Origin: a virus
Lineage: Duplodnaviria > Caudoviricetes
Strand: one strand, 5' to 3'
IMG/VR virus record: IMGVR_UViG_3300035520_001860
Location: 32,001 to 96,000 of that record
DNA: 64,000 nucleotides
Part shown: positions 55,526 through 63,551 of the stretch, piece after piece
Layout of the letters: each line of letters begins with the position of its first letter
How positions within the stretch are numbered: the stretch's first letter is position 1
Translations under genes and position numbers: made by a program
Notes under the pieces: generated by a model
Told to the model about the DNA's origin: nothing
Seen by the model: only the letters and a program-made list of their open reading frames with translations
The model's database searches: none

Positions 55526-57772
55526 ATGAAAATACATCTTATAGCTGTACATTGTGATTATAAGGGCGATATAGTTGGATTTAGATTATTCGATTCAGAA
55601 GCGTCTGGTAATAAGACAGTAGTTATGGATCAAGAATATGCTAACGTAGAAGCACTGGTTAAGTCTAATAAGGTGAATATAATAGGCATTGAATATTCTG
55701 GTGGTAAACTTAGAGGAAGTAATGGTAGCTTTGACAGATATCCTGCATTATACAATAATAAGATAAATAGACAGGCTATAGTTATAATTGGTACTATTGA
55801 TGATGTAGGATATAGAGTATGTAACTACGAAGGTAAATCAACAGATGAAACAGTGCAGAAATTAGTAAGTTACAGTAATAATGTTCCTATTGCAAATGGC
55901 AAACTGGTAACTAAATCAGACGGAAAACAGTTTATAAGTGCTATTAGCGGTACATATGATAACATACCAGTGTCAAAATCAACATTAACAAAACAAGTAC
56001 AAACACCTAAGGTTGAAAGTAAACCTAAGGAAACCAATTCAGATACTACACAAAATAATATTGAAGATAAGAAAGCTGAAGCAAAGAAGAAATTAACTAA
56101 ACAGGTACAACTTAGAGGAAATGACCCAAGATTTCCAGATGTTATAACAGGTATTAGATTGAAAGAATCTCATATGAAAGATATAGATGAAAGTACTGGA
56201 ATGACACTTGAGCAGAAGTTACTTGCAGCTATACTTGCAGTAAGAGAGACAAGACCATTCTATTATGCATTGTTATCCATATTAAAAAGAGAAGAAGTAC
56301 CTGAGGATGATGAGGTACAAACAGCGGCTGTTTCTATAAATACATTATATATTAATCCTAAGATAATTAGAGAATGTAGTATACCACAGCTAACATTTGT
56401 ATTAATGCATGAAGTCTGTCATATAGCAATGAAGCATAGAATAAGAGAGAATAATAGAGAGCACGATGCTTGGAATATTGCATGCGATTTTTATATAAAT
56501 AAAAGCTTGGCAGAAGAATTTAATGTACAGAAACTTGATACTGATACATACATGGGAGATAAGAAAAGTACAGGAGTACATAATATAAACATACCATCAT
56601 GGGTACTTTATGCAGATGACGTTGATATAGATACAGATACTCCAGAGAAATTATATGAGGAGCTCATGCAGCTACAGAAAGAAATGCAACAGCAGACGGG
56701 CGGACAAGAAAGCGGCAGCCAAGGTCAAGGTCAGAGTCAGGGTCAGGGTCAAGGTCAGGGAGGTAACTCATCTGGAAATTCTAACTCAAGTTCTAATGAG
56801 CAAGATGACGAACAAGAGCAAGGAAATGGACAAGGAAATAACGAAAATAACAGTGATAATAAACAAGGACAAAACAGAAACAAGAAGAAGTCACAGAATG
56901 GTTCATCTGATAAAGATGAAAACTCAAATGGAAATGGATCAAACGGTGGACAAAACAAAAAGAAACGTAGATTCCTTGGTAAAGAGTTTAGAGGTAGCAC
57001 AATAAATGAAGATAAAGCCGACATGGTAGATGACAAGGATTCAGTTGGTAAGTCACAGGAACAAATGGAACAGTCAGCAGCAACACTGGTTAATCAGGCA
57101 GTATCAATTTATTTACAGACAAACCAATGGGGAGGTGCATCTGATGGATTTCTTGAGAGGTACATTCAAGAAGCAATAGCACCTAAAGTAAATTGGAAAA
57201 GTGTACTGAAAAGATTCTTGACACGTGCCAGTCAGTTAGAGTATACATTTGCACATCCAGATAAGAGATTTTTAGGTAGAACAACATTTGATGGTAGACG
57301 TCAAGTATTTGCAGGTCCACATAAAGTAGATAATGGTGAGCTTGAGAATATTAAGATATGCATAGATACATCTGGTTCAATATCAAATGAGGATTTAGGT
57401 GTAGCATTAAGTCAAATAAAGGATATGTTTAAACAGTATAAGGCAGAAGCAGAATGTTTATACTGGGATACAAGTGTATGTGCAGTATATCCGTTTAAAG
57501 AGGTTGACGAATTGGTTAGATGCAAACCTATGGGTGGTGGTGGAACAGACGCGAACTGTATATTTGATTACTTTGAAACAAGTGATGACTACAGATTACA
57601 TAGAAAACAGCAACCATCACTTATAATAGTGTTTACAGATGGATACTTTGGGGATGTTGATAAGAAATACAGTAGAAAGTACAAAAATACTGTATGGGTA
57701 ATAAGTGGTAGTTATAAAGATTTTACACCACCATTTGGAGTTGTAGCACCATTTAAAAATGAAGTCATGTAG
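55526..57772 (+). CDS. DUF2201-type metallopeptidase-vWA protein with two extra N-terminal DUF3892-like domains
   Basis: TAAV...LYINP, HEVCH zincin motif, WNIACDFYIN; Q/G/N linker; vWA MIDAS CIDTSGSI, GGGGTD, VFTDG. Confidence 0.85.
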   Translation: MKIHLIAVHCDYKGDIVGFRLFDSEASGNKTVVMDQEYANVEALVKSNKVNIIGIEYSGGKLRGSNGSFDRYPALYNNKINRQAIVIIGTIDDVGYRVCNYEGKSTDETVQKLVSYSNNVPIANGKLVTKSDGKQFISAISGTYDNIPVSKSTLTKQVQTPKVESKPKETNSDTTQNNIEDKKAEAKKKLTKQVQLRGNDPRFPDVITGIRLKESHMKDIDESTGMTLEQKLLAAILAVRETRPFYYALLSILKREEVPEDDEVQTAAVSINTLYINPKIIRECSIPQLTFVLMHEVCHIAMKHRIRENNREHDAWNIACDFYINKSLAEEFNVQKLDTDTYMGDKKSTGVHNINIPSWVLYADDVDIDTDTPEKLYEELMQLQKEMQQQTGGQESGSQGQGQSQGQGQGQGGNSSGNSNSSSNEQDDEQEQGNGQGNNENNSDNKQGQNRNKKKSQNGSSDKDENSNGNGSNGGQNKKKRRFLGKEFRGSTINEDKADMVDDKDSVGKSQEQMEQSAATLVNQAVSIYLQTNQWGGASDGFLERYIQEAIAPKVNWKSVLKRFLTRASQLEYTFAHPDKRFLGRTTFDGRRQVFAGPHKVDNGELENIKICIDTSGSISNEDLGVALSQIKDMFKQYKAEAECLYWDTSVCAVYPFKEVDELVRCKPMGGGGTDANCIFDYFETSDDYRLHRKQQPSLIIVFTDGYFGDVDKKYSRKYKNTVWVISGSYKDFTPPFGVVAPFKNEVM

Positions 57773-57776
57773 AAAA

Positions 57777-57814
57777 AATGAAGTAAATGCTGAAATAACA
57801 GCATTTACTTCATT
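57777..57814 (+). terminator. Hairpin (possibly a bidirectional terminator)
   Basis: AATGAAGTAAATGCTG-AAATAA-CAGCATTTACTTCATT perfect 16-bp stem. Confidence 0.75.
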
Positions 57815-57849
57815 ATAATAAAAAATTAAAGTTTTAAATTTAGCAGCAG

Positions 57850-58065
57850 TTGAGAGGTAGCATTGAGAAAATGATTATTCAAGTAATGAAAAAAGGGAAG
57901 ACCGAGGGATATGTTAAAAGCATAAATTATAATGCATGTGAGACAAAACTTACTGATGATAAGTCAAATGCTAAGAAATATTCAAGTGAAGACAAAGTGC
58001 ATTATGATATAGACTTTTTGTCAAAGGTTTATGGCAATAGTGAATATGTTTTTATTTATGAATAA
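57850..58065 (+). CDS. Small hypothetical protein
   Basis: ORF between the vWA and AAA genes; likely start ATG at 57871. Confidence 0.55.
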   Translation: MRGSIEKMIIQVMKKGKTEGYVKSINYNACETKLTDDKSNAKKYSSEDKVHYDIDFLSKVYGNSEYVFIYE

Positions 58066-58088
58066 TTAGAAAGGTAGGAAACAGAAAA

Positions 58089-59246
58089 ATGGCTGAGACA
58101 TTAAATATGAGAGAAGCTAGTGTAAAAGAGATAACAAACTTTATAAAAGATTTGTTTAACATGGAGATTTATGATCCAGTAATAATTCTTGGTAAGATGG
58201 GCATGGGAAAAACAGCATCCTTAAAAGAACTTGCTAAAGAGCTTGGGATTGGATATTGCGAGCTTAGATTAGTAAATATGACAGAGACTGATATGCTCGG
58301 AATCCCGACTATTAGTAGTACAGGCACTACAACTTATGCTAGTAACGATTTACTCCCAATAGAAACTAGAGATGGTGAACGTGGAATTTTAGCATTAGAC
58401 GAAATTACTTCTTGTTCAGCAGTAATGAGAGCAGCAGCTTATCAGTTACTTGATGGACAGAGAGCTTTAGGTAACTACAAACTTCCAGAGAAGTGGATAT
58501 GTGTTGGACTTGGTAATGGACCAGATGATGGTGGTGTGTTCAATGGTGCTGAGGCAGCTTTATTTACAAGATGTTACGGATTTAGAGTAGCATTAAGTCT
58601 TGAAGCTTGGAAGTCATGGGCACTTAAGAATAACATTAATCCTTCTGTTACTGCTTATCTATCATATGCACCTGACAAGTTACATGTTTATAATCCAGAT
58701 GAACTTGATGGATTATGCCCAACACCTCGTACTTGGGAGAAATTAAGTAAGTTACTTAACGCGAAAGAGAAATACAATAATGGTGAGCCTGTTCCAACAG
58801 ACGTAGCAGAGTTCTTAGCATCAGCATCTATTGGAACTAAGGAAGCTGGATTCTTCTCTGGATTCTACGAGTATAACTTAAAGAAGGAAGTATTAAATGT
58901 TACAGATATACTTGATGGAAAAGCAGATGGTAGAAAAGTTGGAGCAAATGAGCCTCAGATAGTTTACATAGCTATAGAATCTATGGTTAAGAAACTTAAT
59001 GAAGAGATTGAAAGCTCTAAGAGTAAAACAGGTAAAGTTTCTGGCGAAGTGATGAAAAGATTAGGAAATGCAGTAAACTGGTTAATAGCTGCTTCTAATA
59101 CTAAGTTAGACTACGGTGTAATGGGACTTAGAGACTTAGCATCTGGTATTGATTCATTCATTGAACTTACATGTACAAATGAGTTTGATGAAATGTGTCC
59201 TGAATTTTTGAAGTTCTCTATTGATAACGGAAATGTAGTATCTTAG
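58089..59246 (+). CDS. MoxR-like AAA+ ATPase (partner of DUF2201-vWA proteins)
   Basis: LGKMGMGKT Walker A, ETDMLGIP, ILALDEI Walker B, AYQLL, CPTPRTWE sensor. Confidence 0.85.
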   Translation: MAETLNMREASVKEITNFIKDLFNMEIYDPVIILGKMGMGKTASLKELAKELGIGYCELRLVNMTETDMLGIPTISSTGTTTYASNDLLPIETRDGERGILALDEITSCSAVMRAAAYQLLDGQRALGNYKLPEKWICVGLGNGPDDGGVFNGAEAALFTRCYGFRVALSLEAWKSWALKNNINPSVTAYLSYAPDKLHVYNPDELDGLCPTPRTWEKLSKLLNAKEKYNNGEPVPTDVAEFLASASIGTKEAGFFSGFYEYNLKKEVLNVTDILDGKADGRKVGANEPQIVYIAIESMVKKLNEEIESSKSKTGKVSGEVMKRLGNAVNWLIAASNTKLDYGVMGLRDLASGIDSFIELTCTNEFDEMCPEFLKFSIDNGNVVS

Positions 59247-59257
59247 TTGGAAGGTAG

Positions 59258-60268
59258 GTGAAAGACATGGCTGCACAGCTTGGTATAGTTGTAGGTATTG
59301 ACTCTGATGGAGTAAATTTAGCATACAGAGTACTAGTTGCAACAATAGCTCCTAAGCAGGGAGAAGAAAAACAATTCAACTGGAAGTTTGATTGTAAGTT
59401 AATGTCAGAAGCACAGGTAATACAGTTACTACAGAGAAAAGTTAAGTGGCTAAACATCAAGTTGGAGAACAATAAGATTAAAGGTTCTAGTGGAGACCTT
59501 AAGAGATTTGAAAGTAAGGGAAGTAGGCCTTATGTAATAATATCGCAACTTGTAAACTCTGATGGAAAACTTATAGGATATAAAGTAGCTGACTATAATG
59601 GTGGAGTAAAGAACATTCGTATTAAAGAAGTTATAGCATATGGAGCAAGAGCAACAAAACAGGGTTGTATTCCAGTACAAAATGCAATATTTGTTCCAGC
59701 AACTAAAGATTCAGATGGAACAGTGAAGTCAGCACACTACAAATCATATCCTGGATGTAACTTCATTGAAGAAAGAATAGTTGTAAATAGAAACACAGAT
59801 GCAGATACAAGAAGAGTTAGCACAAATAAAAACGAAAAAACTCTTAACAAACTTGAAGAGATATACACTAAGGAACAGATTGAACAGCTTAAAATTGGTA
59901 AGAAAAATGGTGTAGATATAAGAATATATGCAAACCCAGCTCTATCAGCAGAACAGATGGCAGCATTAAGAAATGGTTTACAACAAAAGGTAAATGTAAG
60001 ACCATTTGCATTTCCTGAATACACAGTTGAGTGCATGAAGTACTACACGATGGAAGCTAAATACGGTATGGATATAAGAAAGTATCTTAGTCCAAAGTAC
60101 TCAATAGCACAGATTGCAGAGTTATCAATAGCTGTAAATGAAGGACTTGATGTTTCAAAAATGTCAGACCCAAGTTTATCTGTTAGAAAAATGCAAGAAA
60201 GAAGAATACGTCTTGAAAATGGAGTATTCCATGAGATTGATGTAAACATGGACGGCAGTTGGATTTAG
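59258..60268 (+). CDS. Protein with two N-terminal DUF3892-like domains and C-terminal helical repeats (Q..EL..G...G.DI..YA.P)
   Basis: YVIISQLVNSDGKLIGYKVADYNG; repeats EQLKIGKKNGVDIRIYANPALSAEQM and AELSIAVNEGLDVSKMSDPSLS. Confidence 0.65.
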   Translation: MKDMAAQLGIVVGIDSDGVNLAYRVLVATIAPKQGEEKQFNWKFDCKLMSEAQVIQLLQRKVKWLNIKLENNKIKGSSGDLKRFESKGSRPYVIISQLVNSDGKLIGYKVADYNGGVKNIRIKEVIAYGARATKQGCIPVQNAIFVPATKDSDGTVKSAHYKSYPGCNFIEERIVVNRNTDADTRRVSTNKNEKTLNKLEEIYTKEQIEQLKIGKKNGVDIRIYANPALSAEQMAALRNGLQQKVNVRPFAFPEYTVECMKYYTMEAKYGMDIRKYLSPKYSIAQIAELSIAVNEGLDVSKMSDPSLSVRKMQERRIRLENGVFHEIDVNMDGSWI

Positions 60269-60285
60269 TAAGGGAATATTAAAAT

Positions 60286-60495
60286 ATGGTAGACAATGCA
60301 TATAAAATACAACAGTTACAGTATGAAATAAATGCAATACATAATGAATATATGCACAACTGCGACCTCTATATTGAAGGATATGCTGGAGGTTCCAAGT
60401 TTAACAGATATCAGAATAGACTTCAGCGAGAGATAGAAAAGAGAAAAATAAGAATTTCAAAGTTGGAGCATAAAATGTTAAAAATTAGACAGTAG
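60286..60495 (+). CDS. Small coiled-coil hypothetical protein
   Basis: AAGGGA RBS; 69 aa; followed by a terminator. Confidence 0.55.
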   Translation: MVDNAYKIQQLQYEINAIHNEYMHNCDLYIEGYAGGSKFNRYQNRLQREIEKRKIRISKLEHKMLKIRQ

Positions 60496-60530
60496 TTGGA
60501 TTTGAACTACAAAAGATATAACGTTACTAT

Positions 60531-60570
60531 ATAAAATAAATCCAAAAGTAAAAAGTTGGATTTATTTTAT
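60531..60570 (+). terminator. Terminator hairpin
   Basis: ATAAAATAAATCCAA-loop-TTGGATTTATTTTAT. Confidence 0.7.
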
Positions 60571-60623
60571 TTCTACATATTTCATACAGAAGTGATTATT
60601 TTCAAAATAATTATAAAAATTTG

Positions 60624-60652
60624 TTGACAAAATTTTTATAATGTGATATTAT
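60624..60652 (+). promoter_or_regulatory. Sigma-A promoter with extended -10, upstream of the smpB operon
   Basis: TTGACA at 60624-60629, 17-bp spacer, TG-A-TATTAT at 60647-60652. Confidence 0.75.
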
Positions 60653-60660
60653 GAATTTGT

Positions 60661-60780
60661 AAGAAAGAAAGGAATTTTTGTAATTATGAGAAATCACTAC
60701 ATGAAGGATATCCTAGAGTAAGGGATGGGTGCTTAGCTTAGTGCAGGTACCCGTCTTTGAAAAAGGATATTTCTTTCTGT
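60661..60780 (+). promoter_or_regulatory. Structured leader with an 11-codon mini-ORF and a GC-rich hairpin
   Basis: ATG at 60686 MRNHYMKDILE* (stop ends 60721), then GGGATGGGTGC...GTACCCGTCTTT; AGAAAGAAA at the 5' end can pair with TTTCTTTCT. Confidence 0.45.
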
Positions 60781-60803
60781 TAAGATTAGGGAGGACAGTT
60801 AAA

Positions 60804-61028
60804 ATGAGAAGAACAATTAAGAGTGTTGTGGAAGAAGCTAATGTAAACATTGAGAGATTGATTGAGTCTCTCTTGGAAAGAGAAAGAGTGGTCATTGGTG
60901 GTACATGCATTGACCCAGAATCACAGTATAGAAACAGTTGTATTCATGATTGTAACAAGTGTAGAAATACATATTTTGAGAAGAGAAAAGATCAGCTTCG
61001 CAATAGTTACTATTTAAAAACAGAATAA
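60804..61028 (+). CDS. Small Cys-containing hypothetical protein (74 aa)
   Basis: GGGAGG RBS before ATG at 60804; C...CIHDCNKC. Confidence 0.6.
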   Translation: MRRTIKSVVEEANVNIERLIESLLERERVVIGGTCIDPESQYRNSCIHDCNKCRNTYFEKRKDQLRNSYYLKTE

Positions 61029-61068
61029 CAAAACAGAGTTACCTTAAAACATTCGGAGGAACAAATAA

Positions 61069-61542
61069 ATGACAAACAAAGACGCAAAGAAAAGTAATAT
61101 TTGCATCGAAAATAAAAAAGCACGCTATGATTATTTCATAGAAGATACACTGGAGTGCGGAATTGAACTTAGAGGTAATGAGATTAAGTCCATCAGGGAT
61201 GGTTCTGCAAGTATTAAAGAAGCATGGGTGTCAATTGACAACGGACAATTGACAATTAAGCAGATGCATATTACTCCATGGAGAACAGCAAATAGTTTTG
61301 ATGTAGATGAAAACAGAAACAGAAGATTACTTGCTCATAGAAAGCAGATATCAGATTTTGAAAGAAAGATACAGAGGGATGGATACACACTTGTTCCATT
61401 AAAGGTTTATATCAACAGTGATGGTCGTTGTAAAGTAATTGTAGGTTTAGCTAAAGGCAAGCATGATTATGACAAGAGACAGACAGAAAAAGATAAACAA
61501 GCAAAGAGAGATATAGATAGAGCACTTAAATCACGGAGATAA
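61069..61542 (+). CDS. smpB: SsrA-binding protein SmpB
   Basis: ENKKARYDYFIEDTLECGIELRGNEIKSIR, MHITPW, RRLLAHRKQI, GYTLVPLKVY, LAKGKHDYDKR tail. Confidence 0.97.
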   Translation: MTNKDAKKSNICIENKKARYDYFIEDTLECGIELRGNEIKSIRDGSASIKEAWVSIDNGQLTIKQMHITPWRTANSFDVDENRNRRLLAHRKQISDFERKIQRDGYTLVPLKVYINSDGRCKVIVGLAKGKHDYDKRQTEKDKQAKRDIDRALKSRR

Positions 61543-61563
61543 GTATAAATCTGGAGGAAACTA

Positions 61564-62061
61564 ATGAGCAAAATCATATATCATAAGGCTGGTGACAATT
61601 TAAAATATAAGGCAGCAATGCTAGGTATGAGTATGGATCAGGTTATTGAACAGCTTAACAACATATATCGTGGTGAAGTAACATTCTGTAAACGTGTAAC
61701 ATCAGACTTTAATGAAAGTACAGGAAACTGGGAAGATGTTGAAGGGATACAAGTAGCATCCATTGATTCACCAGACGCAGTTAAACTTGTTATACCTGAT
61801 GTAGATAACTTATATTTTAAGGAGTTACTTGGATATGATTGTATGAATAAATTGGCATCAGTTGAGCTGCCTAGAGGATTGAAAACAATAGACATTAGCA
61901 GATTGGACTGGTTAGATTTAATAGACAGATTATTTGTGTATGAAAGCACAGAGTTGAAGAACATAAACAGAACATCAACTTGGAGAAACAAAGAGATTGA
62001 TTTGATAGTTAAACCTTTGGATAGCAGTAAGAAAGGGAAACTGTATCACTTATCTTTATAG
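61564..62061 (+). CDS. Hypothetical protein with short BspA-type LRR-like segments
   Basis: GGAGG RBS; VKLVIPD and LASVELPRGLKTID. Confidence 0.6.
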   Translation: MSKIIYHKAGDNLKYKAAMLGMSMDQVIEQLNNIYRGEVTFCKRVTSDFNESTGNWEDVEGIQVASIDSPDAVKLVIPDVDNLYFKELLGYDCMNKLASVELPRGLKTIDISRLDWLDLIDRLFVYESTELKNINRTSTWRNKEIDLIVKPLDSSKKGKLYHLSL

Positions 62062-62072
62062 AATTATACAAT

Positions 62073-62107
62073 AGTGTGATGAATTCATTTCATCACACTT
62101 ATTTTTT
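62073..62107 (+). terminator. Rho-independent terminator
   Basis: AGTGTGATGAA-loop-TTCATCACACT plus T tail. Confidence 0.75.
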
Positions 62108-62236
62108 ACATAAAATTTACAATAGTATAACAGATACAAAACAGAGATACAGCTAATAATTAAGAGTAAACATATTTTTATACTTATAGTATATTTTTAT
62201 TCAAAAAATTTTAATTATTAGCGGAGGTAAAAAGGC

Positions 62237-62434
62237 ATGTCAAAGATAAGAGTGGACATAGACGAACTTAGTGATAAGCTAAACGAAATGAAAGAAGACG
62301 ACTATGTTACAGCTGAACTAGAAATAGTGTTTGACGATTACTCAAGTGAACTGAAATTATCAGCAGTATCATTTGAGGATGAAGAGCCTATTGAGTATGG
62401 CACTATTTGTGAAGCAGATGATGAATTATTATAA
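62237..62434 (+). CDS. Small acidic protein
   Basis: GGAGGT RBS; 65 aa, about one-third D/E. Confidence 0.7.
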   Translation: MSKIRVDIDELSDKLNEMKEDDYVTAELEIVFDDYSSELKLSAVSFEDEEPIEYGTICEADDELL

Positions 62435-62683
62435 CATTGATATGTAACCTACATTATTGTAATATTTAATACAATCGACATAAGTTAACTATAAATAATG
62501 AAAATCATAGTATACATTATATAAATGTAAAATATTAAGTGTGTACTATTTTATATACATATTACAATCATTGTACTGCATAACATGATGCATAATATTG
62601 GATGCATATAAATTTAAAAACTTTTGAAAATTTGAGTATCAATATAGCATAGTTAGGTTAGTAAGCATGGAAGATTATTAGGG

Positions 62684-63538
62684 ATGACAGTATTATTTAC
62701 TATAATAGAAATTGTAATAAAAATAGCAATAGCATATGTAATACATCTTGGCATTAAAAAAGCTTTTCATACAATAGGGGCTGAGACTAAGATACATATG
62801 AGATTTTTTAAGAATATATTGGTAGCAATAGTATGGACAATAGCAACTGTATCAGTAGCATCACAATTTGAAACATTTTCAAATTTAGCTAGTACTGTAC
62901 TAGCTGGTTCTGGTATAGTAGCAATTGTTTTAGGTTTAGCAGCACAGCAGTCATTTGCTAATATATTCAGTGGTTTAATGATATCAATATTTAAACCATT
63001 TAACATAGGAGATAGAATTACTATCGTTGGACAAGATAAGACAGGTTTTGTAGAAGATATAACACTTAGACATACTGTTATAAGAACATATACAAATGTG
63101 AGAGTAATCGTTCCAAATTCTGTAATGGATGGTGCTTGTATAGAAAACAGCAGTTATACAAAAGGGGCATCATATCCAATAGATGTTACAATAGCTTATG
63201 AAGACAGAGATAAAAGATATAGAGCAATGGAAATACTTGAGGAAATAGTAGTAAACCATCCAATGTTCTTTGATACAAGAACAGAGGAGCAGAAAGCAGA
63301 GAACATTAAACCAGTTACAGCAACATGTACAGGATTTGGAAGCTCAGGAATAAATTTAAGAGTGCTCATGTGGACAGAAGATGTTGTAGATAATAATAAG
63401 GCGTGCAGTGATTGTAGAGTACAAATATTAGATAGATTTGAAGCAGAGGGGATAGAAATACCTTATGATAAATTAACATTGGTGCCATTACAAACAGAAA
63501 ATAGTACTACGGTTATTTTAAATAAAGACACTGACTAG
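62684..63538 (+). CDS. mscS: Small-conductance mechanosensitive channel (MscS family)
   Basis: Three TM helices; GLAAQQSFANIFSG...KPFNIGDRI...GFVEDITLRHT...VPNS; GIEIPY. Confidence 0.92.
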   Translation: MTVLFTIIEIVIKIAIAYVIHLGIKKAFHTIGAETKIHMRFFKNILVAIVWTIATVSVASQFETFSNLASTVLAGSGIVAIVLGLAAQQSFANIFSGLMISIFKPFNIGDRITIVGQDKTGFVEDITLRHTVIRTYTNVRVIVPNSVMDGACIENSSYTKGASYPIDVTIAYEDRDKRYRAMEILEEIVVNHPMFFDTRTEEQKAENIKPVTATCTGFGSSGINLRVLMWTEDVVDNNKACSDCRVQILDRFEAEGIEIPYDKLTLVPLQTENSTTVILNKDTD

Positions 63539-63551
63539 GAGGAGTAATAGC

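Noticed and set aside
60729-60803. GTG-started N-terminal extension of the 99-aa ORF in the track
   Set aside because: A strong GGGAGG RBS precedes the ATG at 60804; the upstream part is better explained as a structured leader
347-63006. Numerous minus-strand and nested ORFs in the six-frame track
   Set aside because: They are shadows of long + strand genes, often antisense to acidic low-complexity regions, with no RBS or recognisable motifs
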